Origin: a virus
Taxonomy: Duplodnaviria > Heunggongvirae > Uroviricota > Caudoviricetes
IMG/VR virus record: IMGVR_UViG_3300035492_000070
Length of the DNA stretch: 64,000 nucleotides
Reading direction: 5' to 3' (one strand)
Both the position numbers and the translations under genes were made by a program. How positions within the stretch are numbered: position 1 is the stretch's first letter; each line of letters opens with the position of its first letter. Of this stretch, positions 29,816 through 37,868 are shown piece by piece. The notes below the pieces were generated by a model. It was not told where the DNA came from. It was given only the letters and a program-made list of their open reading frames with translations, and ran no database searches.

Positions 29816-30136
29816 ATGACAACTGAACGCACATCAATTATTATTCCTACTAGCCCAGCTGACTTAAAAGACATCTTTTTAGTGGTTCGGCAAATCAGTG
29901 ACAGTAAAACTCGCGCACAGGCCGAAGGCGACTATCAAAAAGAAGCCATTAAAGAACTGGCCGAGAAGTATAATCTTGAAGCGAAACATATTCGCCAAAT
30001 GGTTAATGATTACCATAAGCAACAATTTGACAAAAAGGCAGATGAGTTTGAGGAATATTCTGCCCTTTATGAAAAAGTAATGACGCAAGGCGCTAAAGCA
30101 GCGCAAGGCATTGTAAGTAGCGACGAAGAGGAATAA
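29816..30136 (+). CDS. hypothetical protein
   Basis: ORF with SD acggagaaac; internal ATG chosen. Confidence 0.3.
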   Translation: MTTERTSIIIPTSPADLKDIFLVVRQISDSKTRAQAEGDYQKEAIKELAEKYNLEAKHIRQMVNDYHKQQFDKKADEFEEYSALYEKVMTQGAKAAQGIVSSDEEE

Positions 30137-30140
30137 GTCG

Positions 30141-30338
30141 ATGAGCAACAAACAACCAAAGAATAAAGATTGGTCTAAGGACCGTGAAGGTGCGTTTAAC
30201 TTTGTTTTCCATACCCATCGTTGGGGTAACTCTGCGAACAGCGGCAAGGGAACTGGTTGGACTTACAACAACAAACAGAAAAAGACTCGTCCTGTTCAAC
30301 AGGTACAAAAGCCTAAGTCTGTAGCTGTAGAAGCGTAA
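30141..30338 (+). CDS. small basic hypothetical protein
   Basis: ORF with SD gaagagg. Confidence 0.3.
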   Translation: MSNKQPKNKDWSKDREGAFNFVFHTHRWGNSANSGKGTGWTYNNKQKKTRPVQQVQKPKSVAVEA

Positions 30339-30345
30339 ATCCAAT

Positions 30346-30401
30346 GGGCCGTTTGTTTTGGTTGAACGATCGAAGCATTGCGAATACGGCCCTTTCCTTT
30401 T
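30346..30401 (+). terminator. terminator-like hairpin
   Basis: gggccgt...acggccc + tttcctttt. Confidence 0.4.
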
Positions 30402-30413
30402 AGGAGAATTGTT

Positions 30414-31010
30414 ATGAAGAAACAAGGTGGAAGGTTAGAAAACTGGTATGTTGTACCTACTAATCGCGGAGGCGATAACAAAATTGTTTGGGGAAACATT
30501 TTCGATGATGCCCGTTTCAATAAAGGTGCCTTTATTCATACATCACTTGTAGAGTCACTTGATGTTGAAAATAGTATTCTTGAAACATTGAATACTATTT
30601 ACACTTTAGGCAAAAAGAGTGATCGAGCCGATGAAATTTGGCAAGATGTTTTAAATTCATTCAAACCACGCGTTCAACTACCTATCCCAATGTTCTGGAT
30701 CAAAGAAGAATATCTAACAGATGTACCAGTTACATTTTCTTACTTGGAATCTGTTCCAGAAGGTGTTAGTATAGAAGATGCCAATAAATCGTTCGGTTTT
30801 AGTCACGTTGAGCATCCATCGTTCGAGTCACTTAGATCAAGGCTAAAAGCCGATGAGCTTATACAAACTGAGCGCGGGTATTGGAACGGTGATAAAGTAC
30901 TCAAACCGTTCTACTTGAACGATGTATTATTTGAACCAGGTGAAACGTTCTACTGCTCAACTGCTTTGAAGAATGTAATTGAATTAAAACTGAAAGGTGA
31001 AGAGGTATAA
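30414..31010 (+). CDS. hypothetical protein
   Basis: ORF with SD taggagaatt. Confidence 0.35.
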   Translation: MKKQGGRLENWYVVPTNRGGDNKIVWGNIFDDARFNKGAFIHTSLVESLDVENSILETLNTIYTLGKKSDRADEIWQDVLNSFKPRVQLPIPMFWIKEEYLTDVPVTFSYLESVPEGVSIEDANKSFGFSHVEHPSFESLRSRLKADELIQTERGYWNGDKVLKPFYLNDVLFEPGETFYCSTALKNVIELKLKGEEV

Positions 31011-31011
31011 T

Positions 31012-31536
31012 ATGAAAATTTATTTTTCTACTCGTTTGGCCCGTAACAATGATCATATCGGCATCCATGTAAATGGTCGGTTCTTTGTATTTTCAAAGAA
31101 CAAGAATGACTTTTTGATTTCACATGGCGGATCAGGGCGGTACAAAATTAACAATATAACCTATGCAGGTTTTGAGTATAACACGAGTACATACGATAGT
31201 TGGACGGATGCCCAAATGTCTGTGTGGAAAAAGTATTCACTGACACCCGAGCAAGTCAAGCGTATCATTAACCACGTTCGCAAGGAAACCGAGGGTACTA
31301 AACAAGACATTGACGAACGCGCTTCTAGTGCTTCGAATGGTGGATGGATTGTGGTTGTATCGGAAAATGGTTTATTGAAGCCAAGCTCAAACCCTGTAAT
31401 TCATTTGACCGAGAAAACTGCTTTTGATGAAGCTCAGCGTTTAGCGACACTTCATACAGGTCAAGATTTTTATGTGCTAAAAATTATGGGTAAAGTAGGT
31501 TTACCTAAACCAGAAGTCACTGTTGTGAAATTCTAA
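31012..31536 (+). CDS. hypothetical protein
   Basis: ORF with SD gaagaggt. Confidence 0.35.
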   Translation: MKIYFSTRLARNNDHIGIHVNGRFFVFSKNKNDFLISHGGSGRYKINNITYAGFEYNTSTYDSWTDAQMSVWKKYSLTPEQVKRIINHVRKETEGTKQDIDERASSASNGGWIVVVSENGLLKPSSNPVIHLTEKTAFDEAQRLATLHTGQDFYVLKIMGKVGLPKPEVTVVKF

Positions 31537-31552
31537 TCAAGGAGAAACAAAA

Positions 31553-31624
31553 ATGAAATTAATCTAATTATTTGCTGTTGTTTTATTTGCTCTATTTTTA
31601 ACTGCCTGTGGACAGCGCGTAGAA
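31553..31624 (+). other. strongly initiated lipoprotein signal peptide (MKLI-stop-LFAVVLFALFLTAC) interrupted by an in-frame TAA at codon 5; in frame with the SPFH gene
   Basis: SD aaggagaaacaaaa then ATG at 31553; TAA at 31565-67; lipobox LTAC; same frame as 31625..32437. Confidence 0.5.
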
Positions 31625-32437
31625 GTGCCACCTGCTCACGTGGCTAAAATTATGACCAAAGACGGTTATCAAGAAGGTGTTATTGGTACATCTAAATTCC
31701 GGTTAGCACCTTGCTGGGCCTACTGCGATAAGTTAGTGGTGTTGGATGTGTCCGATAAGGCTCGTATTGAACCTTTAAAGATTTTCATCCCGACTGATAA
31801 GTTAGAACTTGAAGTTGATGTACAAACCACACTGAGCTTGAATGAGCGTAAAATTGAACCATTATTCGGTACTATTGCACCTCAAGAGAGTAAAGACCAC
31901 GACTATTCATTTATTGGATGGGATAGTATCTATCGCACTTATGCTCAACAAATTGTATTAACTACCACTCGTGAATATCTGTCACATTACTCTATTGGTG
32001 AAATTGCTTCTTCAATGGAAAAGGTTAATACAGATTTACGTAATCTTTTAACTGAGGCATTGGCAGCCAAAACACCGTTTGATGTGCGTTATGTTGGTAT
32101 TACTAAAATTCAGTATCCAAAGATTATTACCGAAGCTCAAGAAAATGCAGCACAACGTAGAGAGCAAATTCAACAAGAAGAAGCCCAATTACAGATCAGC
32201 AAAGTACGATTAGAGCGCGAATTACAAGAAGCTCGGTTACAGCGACAGATCGACTTTGAAAAGGCTGAAGGTGAAGCTGCTGCTCAAGTGGTACAACGTC
32301 AAGCAGTAGATGAGCGAGTATTACAGTTACGCAAGTTAGAAAACGAACGTATGTGGATTGAAAAGTGGGATGGAAAACTGCCAGTCACTGCGCTTGGCGA
32401 GTCAGTTCCAATGATCCATATCGGTCAAGGTAAGTGA
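31625..32437 (+). CDS. SPFH/band-7 (prohibitin-like) domain protein
   Basis: QQIVLTTTREYLSHYSIGEIAS...coiled coil EAQLQISKVRLERELQEARLQRQIDFEKAEGEAAAQ; GTG start per ORF track. Confidence 0.55.
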   Translation: MPPAHVAKIMTKDGYQEGVIGTSKFRLAPCWAYCDKLVVLDVSDKARIEPLKIFIPTDKLELEVDVQTTLSLNERKIEPLFGTIAPQESKDHDYSFIGWDSIYRTYAQQIVLTTTREYLSHYSIGEIASSMEKVNTDLRNLLTEALAAKTPFDVRYVGITKIQYPKIITEAQENAAQRREQIQQEEAQLQISKVRLERELQEARLQRQIDFEKAEGEAAAQVVQRQAVDERVLQLRKLENERMWIEKWDGKLPVTALGESVPMIHIGQGK

Positions 32438-32440
32438 AAC

Positions 32441-32466
32441 GAGGGGCTAAGCTCCCTCCTTTTTAG
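32441..32466 (+). terminator. rho-independent terminator
   Basis: gaggggctaagctccctc + ctttttagg. Confidence 0.5.
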
Positions 32467-32477
32467 GAGTTTTGAGA

Positions 32478-32831
32478 ATGATTGTAATATTAAATTTATT
32501 GTTACCTGTTATTTTAGCCACTATTGCTTATGTAGGTTTTCGTAATTCTAAAAAATACGAATCCATATTTGATAAGTGCAAAGTAGGTGGTATTACTGTT
32601 GGTATTATGGTGTTGGTTTTTATTGTGTATTCCACTATTCAACCATCATATATGCCTAAAGGCGGTGTACCAAATATGAGTAGGGTGCCTATCGAACATA
32701 GTGATGCTGTAATGCAGGACCGTTTACTCAAGCCTATGTCGGAAGAAGATAGACAAAAACGAGTCGAAGAAATTATTACTGTAAGAGAAGAAGTTAAGGC
32801 TGTATTGGAAAAGAACGACAATAACGATTGA
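32478..32831 (+). CDS. membrane protein (two TM helices), possibly NfeD-like partner of SPFH
   Basis: hydrophobic N-terminal segments; directly follows SPFH gene. Confidence 0.35.
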   Translation: MIVILNLLLPVILATIAYVGFRNSKKYESIFDKCKVGGITVGIMVLVFIVYSTIQPSYMPKGGVPNMSRVPIEHSDAVMQDRLLKPMSEEDRQKRVEEIITVREEVKAVLEKNDNND

Positions 32832-32886
32832 TTTCGTTTTAGATTCGCGTTAAAATGTATTTTGAATATTAAATGATGAAGGAAAT

Positions 32887-34104
32887 TTGAAAATGTCTAA
32901 GAAAACAATTCAGCAGTTCGCACACTTTGATAATAATATCTTCCCTTTCGTAGTTCAGGAAGGTACAATCATCACAAAGGTTCCACCTGCCTATTACCAT
33001 GTAACCGCTACTCCTACGGGGCAGATTTTCTTAACCAAGAAATCGGACAAGCTAAACCTACCAGAAAAGATTTACGGTTCAACAAATGAACGAGCTGCTC
33101 GTATGTGGCGTTCTTATGATAATGTAAGTGGTCCTTTAGCGGCAGGTCTGTTTGGTAGTAAAGGTGCAGGTAAAACATTATTGTCTAACGTAGTAGCGAA
33201 CCAGGCTATTGAACGTGGTATTCCAGTTATTGATGTTAGTTCATCATTCAGTACAGATAAGGACTACTTGGACTTCCTGAATTCTATTGGTGAGTGTGTA
33301 ATCATTTTCGACGAGTTCTTGAAACACCTTAGCAAGTTAGGTGATTCCACAGAGCACGACAAGCGTGAGATTGCTTCTGACCGCCAAGATGAAATGTTAA
33401 CCTTTTTCAGCGGTTCAAACAACAACAAGCGCATGGTTCTGTTAATTGACAATGAGTCAGGCCTACTGTCAAATTTCTTCAGAGACCGTCCAGGTCGTAT
33501 GCGTTACCTATACCAATACAAAGGTATTGAGTCTGATGTTGTACAGAATGTAGCAACCGACGCAGGTCTAAGTGTTGATAAAGTTGACTCATTAGTAACT
33601 TATGCAAAACGGTTCCAATGCACGTTTGACACGATTAACGAAATTGTAAAAGAATGGGTATTGTTTCCAAATGATACTATCGAATCAATCACCTCTATTA
33701 TGAACGTACCGTCAATGACACCTGACACGAAGTTAAAAGCAAAAATTGTTAGCTTTAAACATACAGATGGTGACTATATCATTGAAAATGAGTTGGCGAC
33801 TGTTAGTTCAAGAGGCACTGTATCTTTCACTGCCACTTATCCTAACCCATTCTACGGTAAAATTTACAGTAACGCTGAAGAGTTTGATACTGATAGTAAA
33901 ATGGATGCCTATAGTTACGAATATTATCTCGGCAACAAAGATAAACCAAGATTACATGATGAGTTTACCGTTCATGACTACCAGTTAGTTGCAGTTAAAG
34001 GTAACCGTCAAGCGTATATTGCACAAGGAGGAGACTTAGAATTGACTATCGAATTATTGGAGCAAGAAGAAGTCGCTCCAATGTTCAACTTCAATTTCCT
34101 ATAA
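32887..34104 (+). CDS. P-loop NTPase
   Basis: Walker A GLFGSKGAGKTLL; Walker B-like VIIFDEF. Confidence 0.45.
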   Translation: MKMSKKTIQQFAHFDNNIFPFVVQEGTIITKVPPAYYHVTATPTGQIFLTKKSDKLNLPEKIYGSTNERAARMWRSYDNVSGPLAAGLFGSKGAGKTLLSNVVANQAIERGIPVIDVSSSFSTDKDYLDFLNSIGECVIIFDEFLKHLSKLGDSTEHDKREIASDRQDEMLTFFSGSNNNKRMVLLIDNESGLLSNFFRDRPGRMRYLYQYKGIESDVVQNVATDAGLSVDKVDSLVTYAKRFQCTFDTINEIVKEWVLFPNDTIESITSIMNVPSMTPDTKLKAKIVSFKHTDGDYIIENELATVSSRGTVSFTATYPNPFYGKIYSNAEEFDTDSKMDAYSYEYYLGNKDKPRLHDEFTVHDYQLVAVKGNRQAYIAQGGDLELTIELLEQEEVAPMFNFNFL

Positions 34105-34113
34105 TTAAAATAT

Positions 34114-34154
34114 GGAAAGAAAGGTCAATTAACAGTTGACCTTTCTTTTCTTTC
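34114..34154 (+). terminator. rho-independent terminator
   Basis: gaaagaaaggtcaa...ttgacctttcttttctttc. Confidence 0.6.
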
Positions 34155-34195
34155 ATATATACTGTTATTAATGAAACGTGAAGAGGGATAACATT

Positions 34196-34501
34196 ATGAA
34201 TTTTTTAAGAGTTGATTACTACGCTAACCCTGCTTACCCATACGATGGTTTAACAGTTGTTAAAGATTTTGATCGGATCTTTGTTCCATGTGACCAAGGC
34301 AATTATACTTTGGAACAGTTACAGAACATGGACTTTGTTACAATTCTTGAATTAGACACAATGGCAAGCGGATACAAGCGTTTTAAAGTTAAAGGCGTAC
34401 CAGGCACAATGAAAGGCTACGGCTTTGTGTATTCAAGCGACAGTCGCTTTAACCGGCAATATGGTTCATACCCAATTGCTTTACATGATAGAAGGGAGTA
34501 A
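34196..34501 (+). CDS. hypothetical protein
   Basis: SD gaagaggga + ATG. Confidence 0.3.
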   Translation: MNFLRVDYYANPAYPYDGLTVVKDFDRIFVPCDQGNYTLEQLQNMDFVTILELDTMASGYKRFKVKGVPGTMKGYGFVYSSDSRFNRQYGSYPIALHDRRE

Positions 34502-34507
34502 CACAAT

Positions 34508-34735
34508 ATGAGTGAAAAAGTCCCTGCAGTATCAATTATCATTACCCCTGAAATGCAAAAATCAGCAGGTGTATTAGGTCCAGTATTTGACGAAGTATTA
34601 GGTACAACTATAGATGAACTCGGTGTTCATGTAGTAGTGAAAGACCATGTTCATACAGACCAGACCGTTCGGTATTTTTATCCTACGCACTCTGTTGCTC
34701 GTGTTAAATTCCGAATCGAAGAAGAGCAAGAGTAA
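34508..34735 (+). CDS. hypothetical protein
   Basis: ORF only. Confidence 0.3.
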   Translation: MSEKVPAVSIIITPEMQKSAGVLGPVFDEVLGTTIDELGVHVVVKDHVHTDQTVRYFYPTHSVARVKFRIEEEQE

Positions 34736-34956
34736 TGGGTGCGCCTACCATATCAGTAAATCAACAAGACATTGACCGTGCTATGGTAGGCACTCTTATT
34801 CAGGCAGAATTCTTCTTTGGTAAAAAGGAATTTAATAAAGAAGAATTAGGCTTTATAAATCATATGGCGACTTTGTTAGCGCATGAAAGAAAATGGAATG
34901 AATTTTATTCAAATCTTTTGCATTTTAGTGTTGACAATGACAAAACAAGTGTATAG
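34735..34956 (+). CDS. hypothetical protein
   Basis: ORF only. Confidence 0.3.
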   Translation: MGAPTISVNQQDIDRAMVGTLIQAEFFFGKKEFNKEELGFINHMATLLAHERKWNEFYSNLLHFSVDNDKTSV

Positions 34957-35011
34957 AATACACTAAATAAAGTTTTATTACTCTTTAACAAATTGGACAA
35001 GTCTTACTTGA

Positions 35012-35083
35012 TGCGGGTGGGAGGTAAGGTATCTCGCTGGTCTCATAAGCCAGAAGAACGTGATTCGATTTCACGACCCGCAT
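35012..35083 (+). tRNA. tRNA-Met/Ile2 (CAU), acceptor helix extended by 9 further base pairs in the precursor
   Basis: acceptor tgcgggt/acccgca; D gagg-taaggta-tctc; anticodon arm ctggt CTCATAA gccag; T arm cgtga TTCGATT tcacg; no encoded CCA. Confidence 0.6.
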
Positions 35084-35103
35084 CAAGTAGGACTTTAGAA
35101 TTA

Positions 35104-35161
35104 AAAGAACCGATACAGCAACAAAAAATCTTAAGAGTAGCGCGAATTGCGCACCGTAAAA
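35104..35161 (+). ncRNA. ACAGCAA-leader element D carrying only a tRNA 5'-half-like module (acceptor+D arm, ends CG-TAAAA); no 3' closure found
   Basis: aaa gaaccgat acagcaacaaaaaatc ttaagag ta gcgc gaatt gcgc a cg taaaa. Confidence 0.35.
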
Positions 35162-35248
35162 CCAATGTCGAGGAGTTGGCAAAGTTAGGTTTTCTCATGC
35201 TTCGGCTGCCGAGAAAACTGATCTGAGAAGGCGCGGTTCTGTAATATA

Positions 35249-35323
35249 GCCTTGTAAGCGTTGGTGATTGCGTACTTGCCTTCCAAGCAAGTGGATTGGG
35301 TTTGACTCCCAAACAAGGCTCCA
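35249..35323 (+). tRNA. tRNA-Gly (UCC)
   Basis: acceptor gccttgt/acaaggc; anticodon arm cttgc CTTCCAA gcaag; T arm ttggg TTTGACT cccaa (unusual T at 56); CCA encoded. Confidence 0.55.
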
Positions 35324-35481
35324 TATTTCTAATGATTTATTTGTTTTGGTGTTTGCGAAAAACTGGTGATCCTGAAAGTCTAGGCCAAGATTGTGTAAGG
35401 AAAGAAACTGCACTCCGTTTAGATAATCTGGCCAGATGTCAAAAACGGGTAGTAGAGACACCAAAATAAATAAATTATATT

Positions 35482-35557
35482 CTCGGTATAGCTCAGTTGG
35501 TAGAGCGGGTGGTTTGGGACCATCAGGTCGTCTGTTCGAATCGGACTATCGAGACCA
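35482..35557 (+). tRNA. tRNA-Pro (UGG)
   Basis: ctcggta ta gctc agttggta gagc g ggtgg TTTGGGA ccatc aggtc gtctg TTCGAAT cggac tatcgag a cca. Confidence 0.65.
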
Positions 35558-35564
35558 GATTTAT

Positions 35565-35650
35565 GGACGTCCGTCGGAGTTGGAGAGCCGAAGCCGGCTG
35601 TAACCCGGTTCCTTCATGGTGAGTGTGTTCGAATCACACGGCGTCCACCA
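35565..35650 (+). tRNA. tRNA-Tyr (GUA), class II with long variable arm
   Basis: acceptor ggacgtc/ggcgtcc; anticodon arm gccgg CTGTAAC ccggt; 13-nt variable arm; T arm gtgtg TTCGAAT cacac; CCA encoded. Confidence 0.65.
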
Positions 35651-35656
35651 TTTTAT

Positions 35657-35727
35657 GTTCCTATAGATGAATTGGTTACATCATATTTTCACTGTGAAGT
35701 TTGTGGGTTCGGGTCCCGATAGGAACT
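35657..35727 (+). ncRNA. tRNA-like element with canonical acceptor/D arm but a degenerate anticodon arm (4-bp stem, 5-nt loop) and TTCGGGT T-loop; probably a pseudo-tRNA or small stable RNA
   Basis: gttccta ta gatg aattggtta catc ... tttc actgt gaag ... gtggg ttcgggt cccga taggaac. Confidence 0.3.
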
Positions 35728-35741
35728 CAAATTTTATAGAG

Positions 35742-35816
35742 GGTGGTTAGCTCAGTTGGTTAGAGTAATCTCTTGATAAGGGATAGGTCGCTAGTTCGAA
35801 TCTAGCAAGTTCCACC
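35742..35816 (+). tRNA. tRNA-Ile (GAU)-like; acceptor stem pairs poorly (gggtggt vs aagttcc)
   Basis: D arm gctc agttggtta gagt; anticodon arm atctc TTGATAA gggat; T arm gctag TTCGAAT ctagc; CCA present; the 3' strand aagttcc pairs better with upstream ggaactc. Confidence 0.4.
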
Positions 35817-35836
35817 ATATTAGTTAGGAGTTAGTT

Positions 35837-36298
35837 ATGTTCAATGTAGAAATTGCATTTATTGATGCCGAGGGAATTGAATTTGTCAATAATACATTCC
35901 TAAGAAATCGTTTTCAATGGGATGTTGATGAAGACAATATTAATAAAGGAAAATGGTTGAAGAATAGCGGGCATCGTCTTGTATTAGAAACAGGTAACGG
36001 TGAAAATATTCATCTTGTTATTTTTAGTGAATATCTTGATGGGTGGTGGGAAGCCGCTATGAGTTGTTCTCCTAACGGTAAGCCTATAGATGTCGAAATT
36101 AAAGGTTTGAACAAGATAGTAGAATGTGTTCTTCTTCTATTAACTGAAGATATTTGGTATGTAGGGAATGCACAGTTTTGTACCATGAAAGAATATCGTT
36201 TAATCAACAAACTGCTAGAATCAGGTATCGTTAAATGTTGGACCTCACCCGATGTTGGGATTGAGAAAGATTCTAGCGGTTATAGCTATAGCACGTAG
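35837..36298 (+). CDS. hypothetical protein
   Basis: SD taggag + ATG. Confidence 0.35.
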   Translation: MFNVEIAFIDAEGIEFVNNTFLRNRFQWDVDEDNINKGKWLKNSGHRLVLETGNGENIHLVIFSEYLDGWWEAAMSCSPNGKPIDVEIKGLNKIVECVLLLLTEDIWYVGNAQFCTMKEYRLINKLLESGIVKCWTSPDVGIEKDSSGYSYST

Positions 36299-36508
36299 TC
36301 AATTAGAGGAAGCGCGTATGAAAGTAGGTGTTTGGGATATTGAACAAGATTTGGAATTTTCTGAAGGTTACATGGGCCTTGATAAGAACGAAACTTGGGT
36401 TTGACGGTAAAGGTAGGAAATAACTCCTATTCATCCGTAATTGGTGTTGTACCTATTAGCTATACGGTACAACCGTTGCCAACTACGAAAGTGTTGGGTT
36501 TAGTTTAC

Positions 36509-36590
36509 GCGCCGGTATCTCAACGGTCTTCTAAACCGTCGTTAATCGAGTAATTGGAGTATGGGGGTTCGAGTCCCTCCCGGTGCGCCA
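36509..36590 (+). ncRNA. tRNA-like element: good acceptor (gcgccgg/ccggtgc), T arm and CCA, one hairpin with loop CTTCTAA (UCU, Arg-like), no recognisable D arm
   Basis: acggt CTTCTAA accgt hairpin starts 5 nt after position 9; 23 nt of unassigned sequence before T arm ggggg TTCGAGT ccctc. Confidence 0.3.
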
Positions 36591-36595
36591 TATTT

Positions 36596-36672
36596 GCCCC
36601 GATAGTTTAATTGGCGAAAACAACGAACTCATAATTCGTCAGATGCAGGTTCGAGTCCTGCTTGGGGCACCA
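36596..36672 (+). tRNA. tRNA-Met/Ile2 (CAU)
   Basis: gccccga ta gttt aattggcga aaac a acgaa CTCATAA ttcgt cagat gcagg TTCGAGT cctgc ttggggc a cca. Confidence 0.65.
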
Positions 36673-36707
36673 TAAATAGATGTATCACCCATAACAAGGA
36701 TATTGAC

Positions 36708-36983
36708 ATGGATTCAATTAAATACTTTTTAGATTGGCTGATACCTAGGTTTGTTACAGATCATGTCGCTCTAGAATACGATAAAGAGAATGATCGATTT
36801 GTAATGTTTTGTCATGTCGACGAGTTAGAAAAATTAGAAGATTGTGATGCGTTTGCTATTGTGAAAGGTTTTAACTTCTTTGGTTACTCACTTTTCTCTA
36901 ATATTCGTGCCATACAGGTAGTGAATAAAAATTTAGTAGAAATGTTTAAAGAAGGTGTTGACATTGAAATAGAACTAATGTAG
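36708..36983 (+). CDS. hypothetical protein
   Basis: SD aaggatattgac + ATG. Confidence 0.35.
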   Translation: MDSIKYFLDWLIPRFVTDHVALEYDKENDRFVMFCHVDELEKLEDCDAFAIVKGFNFFGYSLFSNIRAIQVVNKNLVEMFKEGVDIEIELM

Positions 36984-37008
36984 AATGTCTTTTGTGAGTT
37001 AGGTAAAA

Positions 37009-37101
37009 CTAGATCTTATTAGTAAGGGCCTTTACCGCAAACCTAAAACAATTTTGACTTTTAATCAAAAAACGTTACGGGTCCTGTCTAATAAGATCTA
37101 G
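37009..37101 (+). repeat. perfect 14-bp inverted repeat (ctagatcttattag/ctaataagatctag) enclosing a 65-nt loop
   Basis: seen directly; immediately upstream of RNA element 0. Confidence 0.5.
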
Positions 37102-37106
37102 AGTAA

Positions 37107-37187
37107 CATTTAGAAAGAACAGTTACAGCAAACAAAAATATTGCAAACAATGGTAGCTTTGCGCTCAAAAACTGTTCTGTCTAAATG
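37107..37187 (+). ncRNA. stem-enclosed RNA element 0 (S1 catttag-AAA-S2 gaacagtt-ACAGCAAACAAAAA-cargo-AAAA-S2'-TGT-S1'), cargo not tRNA-like
   Basis: S1/S1' and S2/S2' are exact reverse complements. Confidence 0.5.
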
Positions 37188-37199
37188 TTATTTGAAGTG

Positions 37200-37331
37200 T
37201 GTATCGGAAAGGATAGTTACAGCAACAAAAACTTGCCTGTTAAGCACGGGGTCGTAGGTTCGAATCCTACTATAGGTGAAAGCCTGTATAGCTCAGCTGG
37301 TTAGAGCACGTAAAAACTATCCTGTCCGATA
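37200..37331 (+). ncRNA. stem-enclosed RNA element A carrying a circularly permuted tRNA-Asn (GUU): leader ACAGCAACAAAAACT, positions 29-73, AAA, positions 1-28, TAAAA
   Basis: S1 tatcgg/ccgata, S2 ggatagtt/aactatcc; 3' part tgc CTGTTAA gca cg gggtc gtagg TTCGAAT cctac tataggt g; 5' part gcctgta ta gctc agctggtta gagc a cg; joined at 28|29 gives a fully canonical 73-nt tRNA. Confidence 0.6.
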
Positions 37332-37363
37332 TGTACTTAAATTATGAAACCAGGAGAAATACC

Positions 37364-37687
37364 ATGTTAAAAGAAAAAGTGTTGAACTCAATTGATCCAT
37401 TCGTAGCAAAGCGTCTTGCTAATGCAGGCGAAGCAGCAGAACAAACCTTTGAACGTCGTTTCTTAGAGCGCAAGAAGTCTACCTTAGTAGCATTTCTTCT
37501 TAGCTTGTTTTCATTACACCGTTTCTATTACGGTCAAGTTGGATTAGGCATTCTGTTTATCATTTCCATGTTACTGGTTGTTGGTTGGGTATGGTTGATT
37601 TATGATTGGTGTACAATGAGTAAGCGGGTACGTCAAATGAATGATGACCTGGCTATGGACTTGTTACGACAAGTAGCACCGCAATAA
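37364..37687 (+). CDS. small membrane protein
   Basis: SD accaggagaaatacc + ATG; two hydrophobic helices; the ORF-track start lies inside RNA element A. Confidence 0.4.
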   Translation: MLKEKVLNSIDPFVAKRLANAGEAAEQTFERRFLERKKSTLVAFLLSLFSLHRFYYGQVGLGILFIISMLLVVGWVWLIYDWCTMSKRVRQMNDDLAMDLLRQVAPQ

Positions 37688-37740
37688 TTATTAGGACTCT
37701 AGAAATAGAGTCCTTTCAAGAAGTGATTGTTTAGTTATTT

Positions 37741-37868
37741 CTTGAAAGGGCTTCTACAGCAATTTAAACATCCAAGTGGTTCCGGGTTCGAGTCCCGGGA
37801 TTCATGAAAATGAATCTAGCTCAACTGGGAGAGCACATGGCCTTAATGTAAGTCCTGTTTCAATTTAG
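37741..37868 (+). ncRNA. RNA element B: ACAGCAA leader + T arm/acceptor 3' strand + AAA + acceptor 5' strand/D arm; anticodon part and 3' closure degenerate
   Basis: ccggg TTCGAGT cccgg gattcat g aaa atgaatc ta gctc aactggga gagc a; acceptor halves are perfect complements. Confidence 0.4.

Noticed and set aside
29879-30520. Overlapping ORFs on both strands at 29879..30247 (-), 29898..30080 (+), 30093..30425 (-), 30296..30520 (-)
   Set aside because: They overlap better-supported + strand genes with RBSs and an intergenic terminator. Treated as noncoding.
34985-35464. ORF-track ORFs on both strands (34985..35182 -, 34993..35226 +, 35043..35324 -, 35195..35464 -) overlapping the tRNA-Met and tRNA-Gly genes
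   Set aside because: They are entirely covered by well-folded tRNA and structured-RNA sequence, have no RBS, and are low-complexity read-throughs. Treated as spurious.
37200-37331. Reading the permuted tRNA halves as two ordinary adjacent tRNA genes, or as tRNAs on the minus strand
   Set aside because: Neither half is followed or preceded by the missing arms in normal order. T-loop and D-loop signatures only read correctly on the + strand. The halves complement each other across the 3-nt linker.
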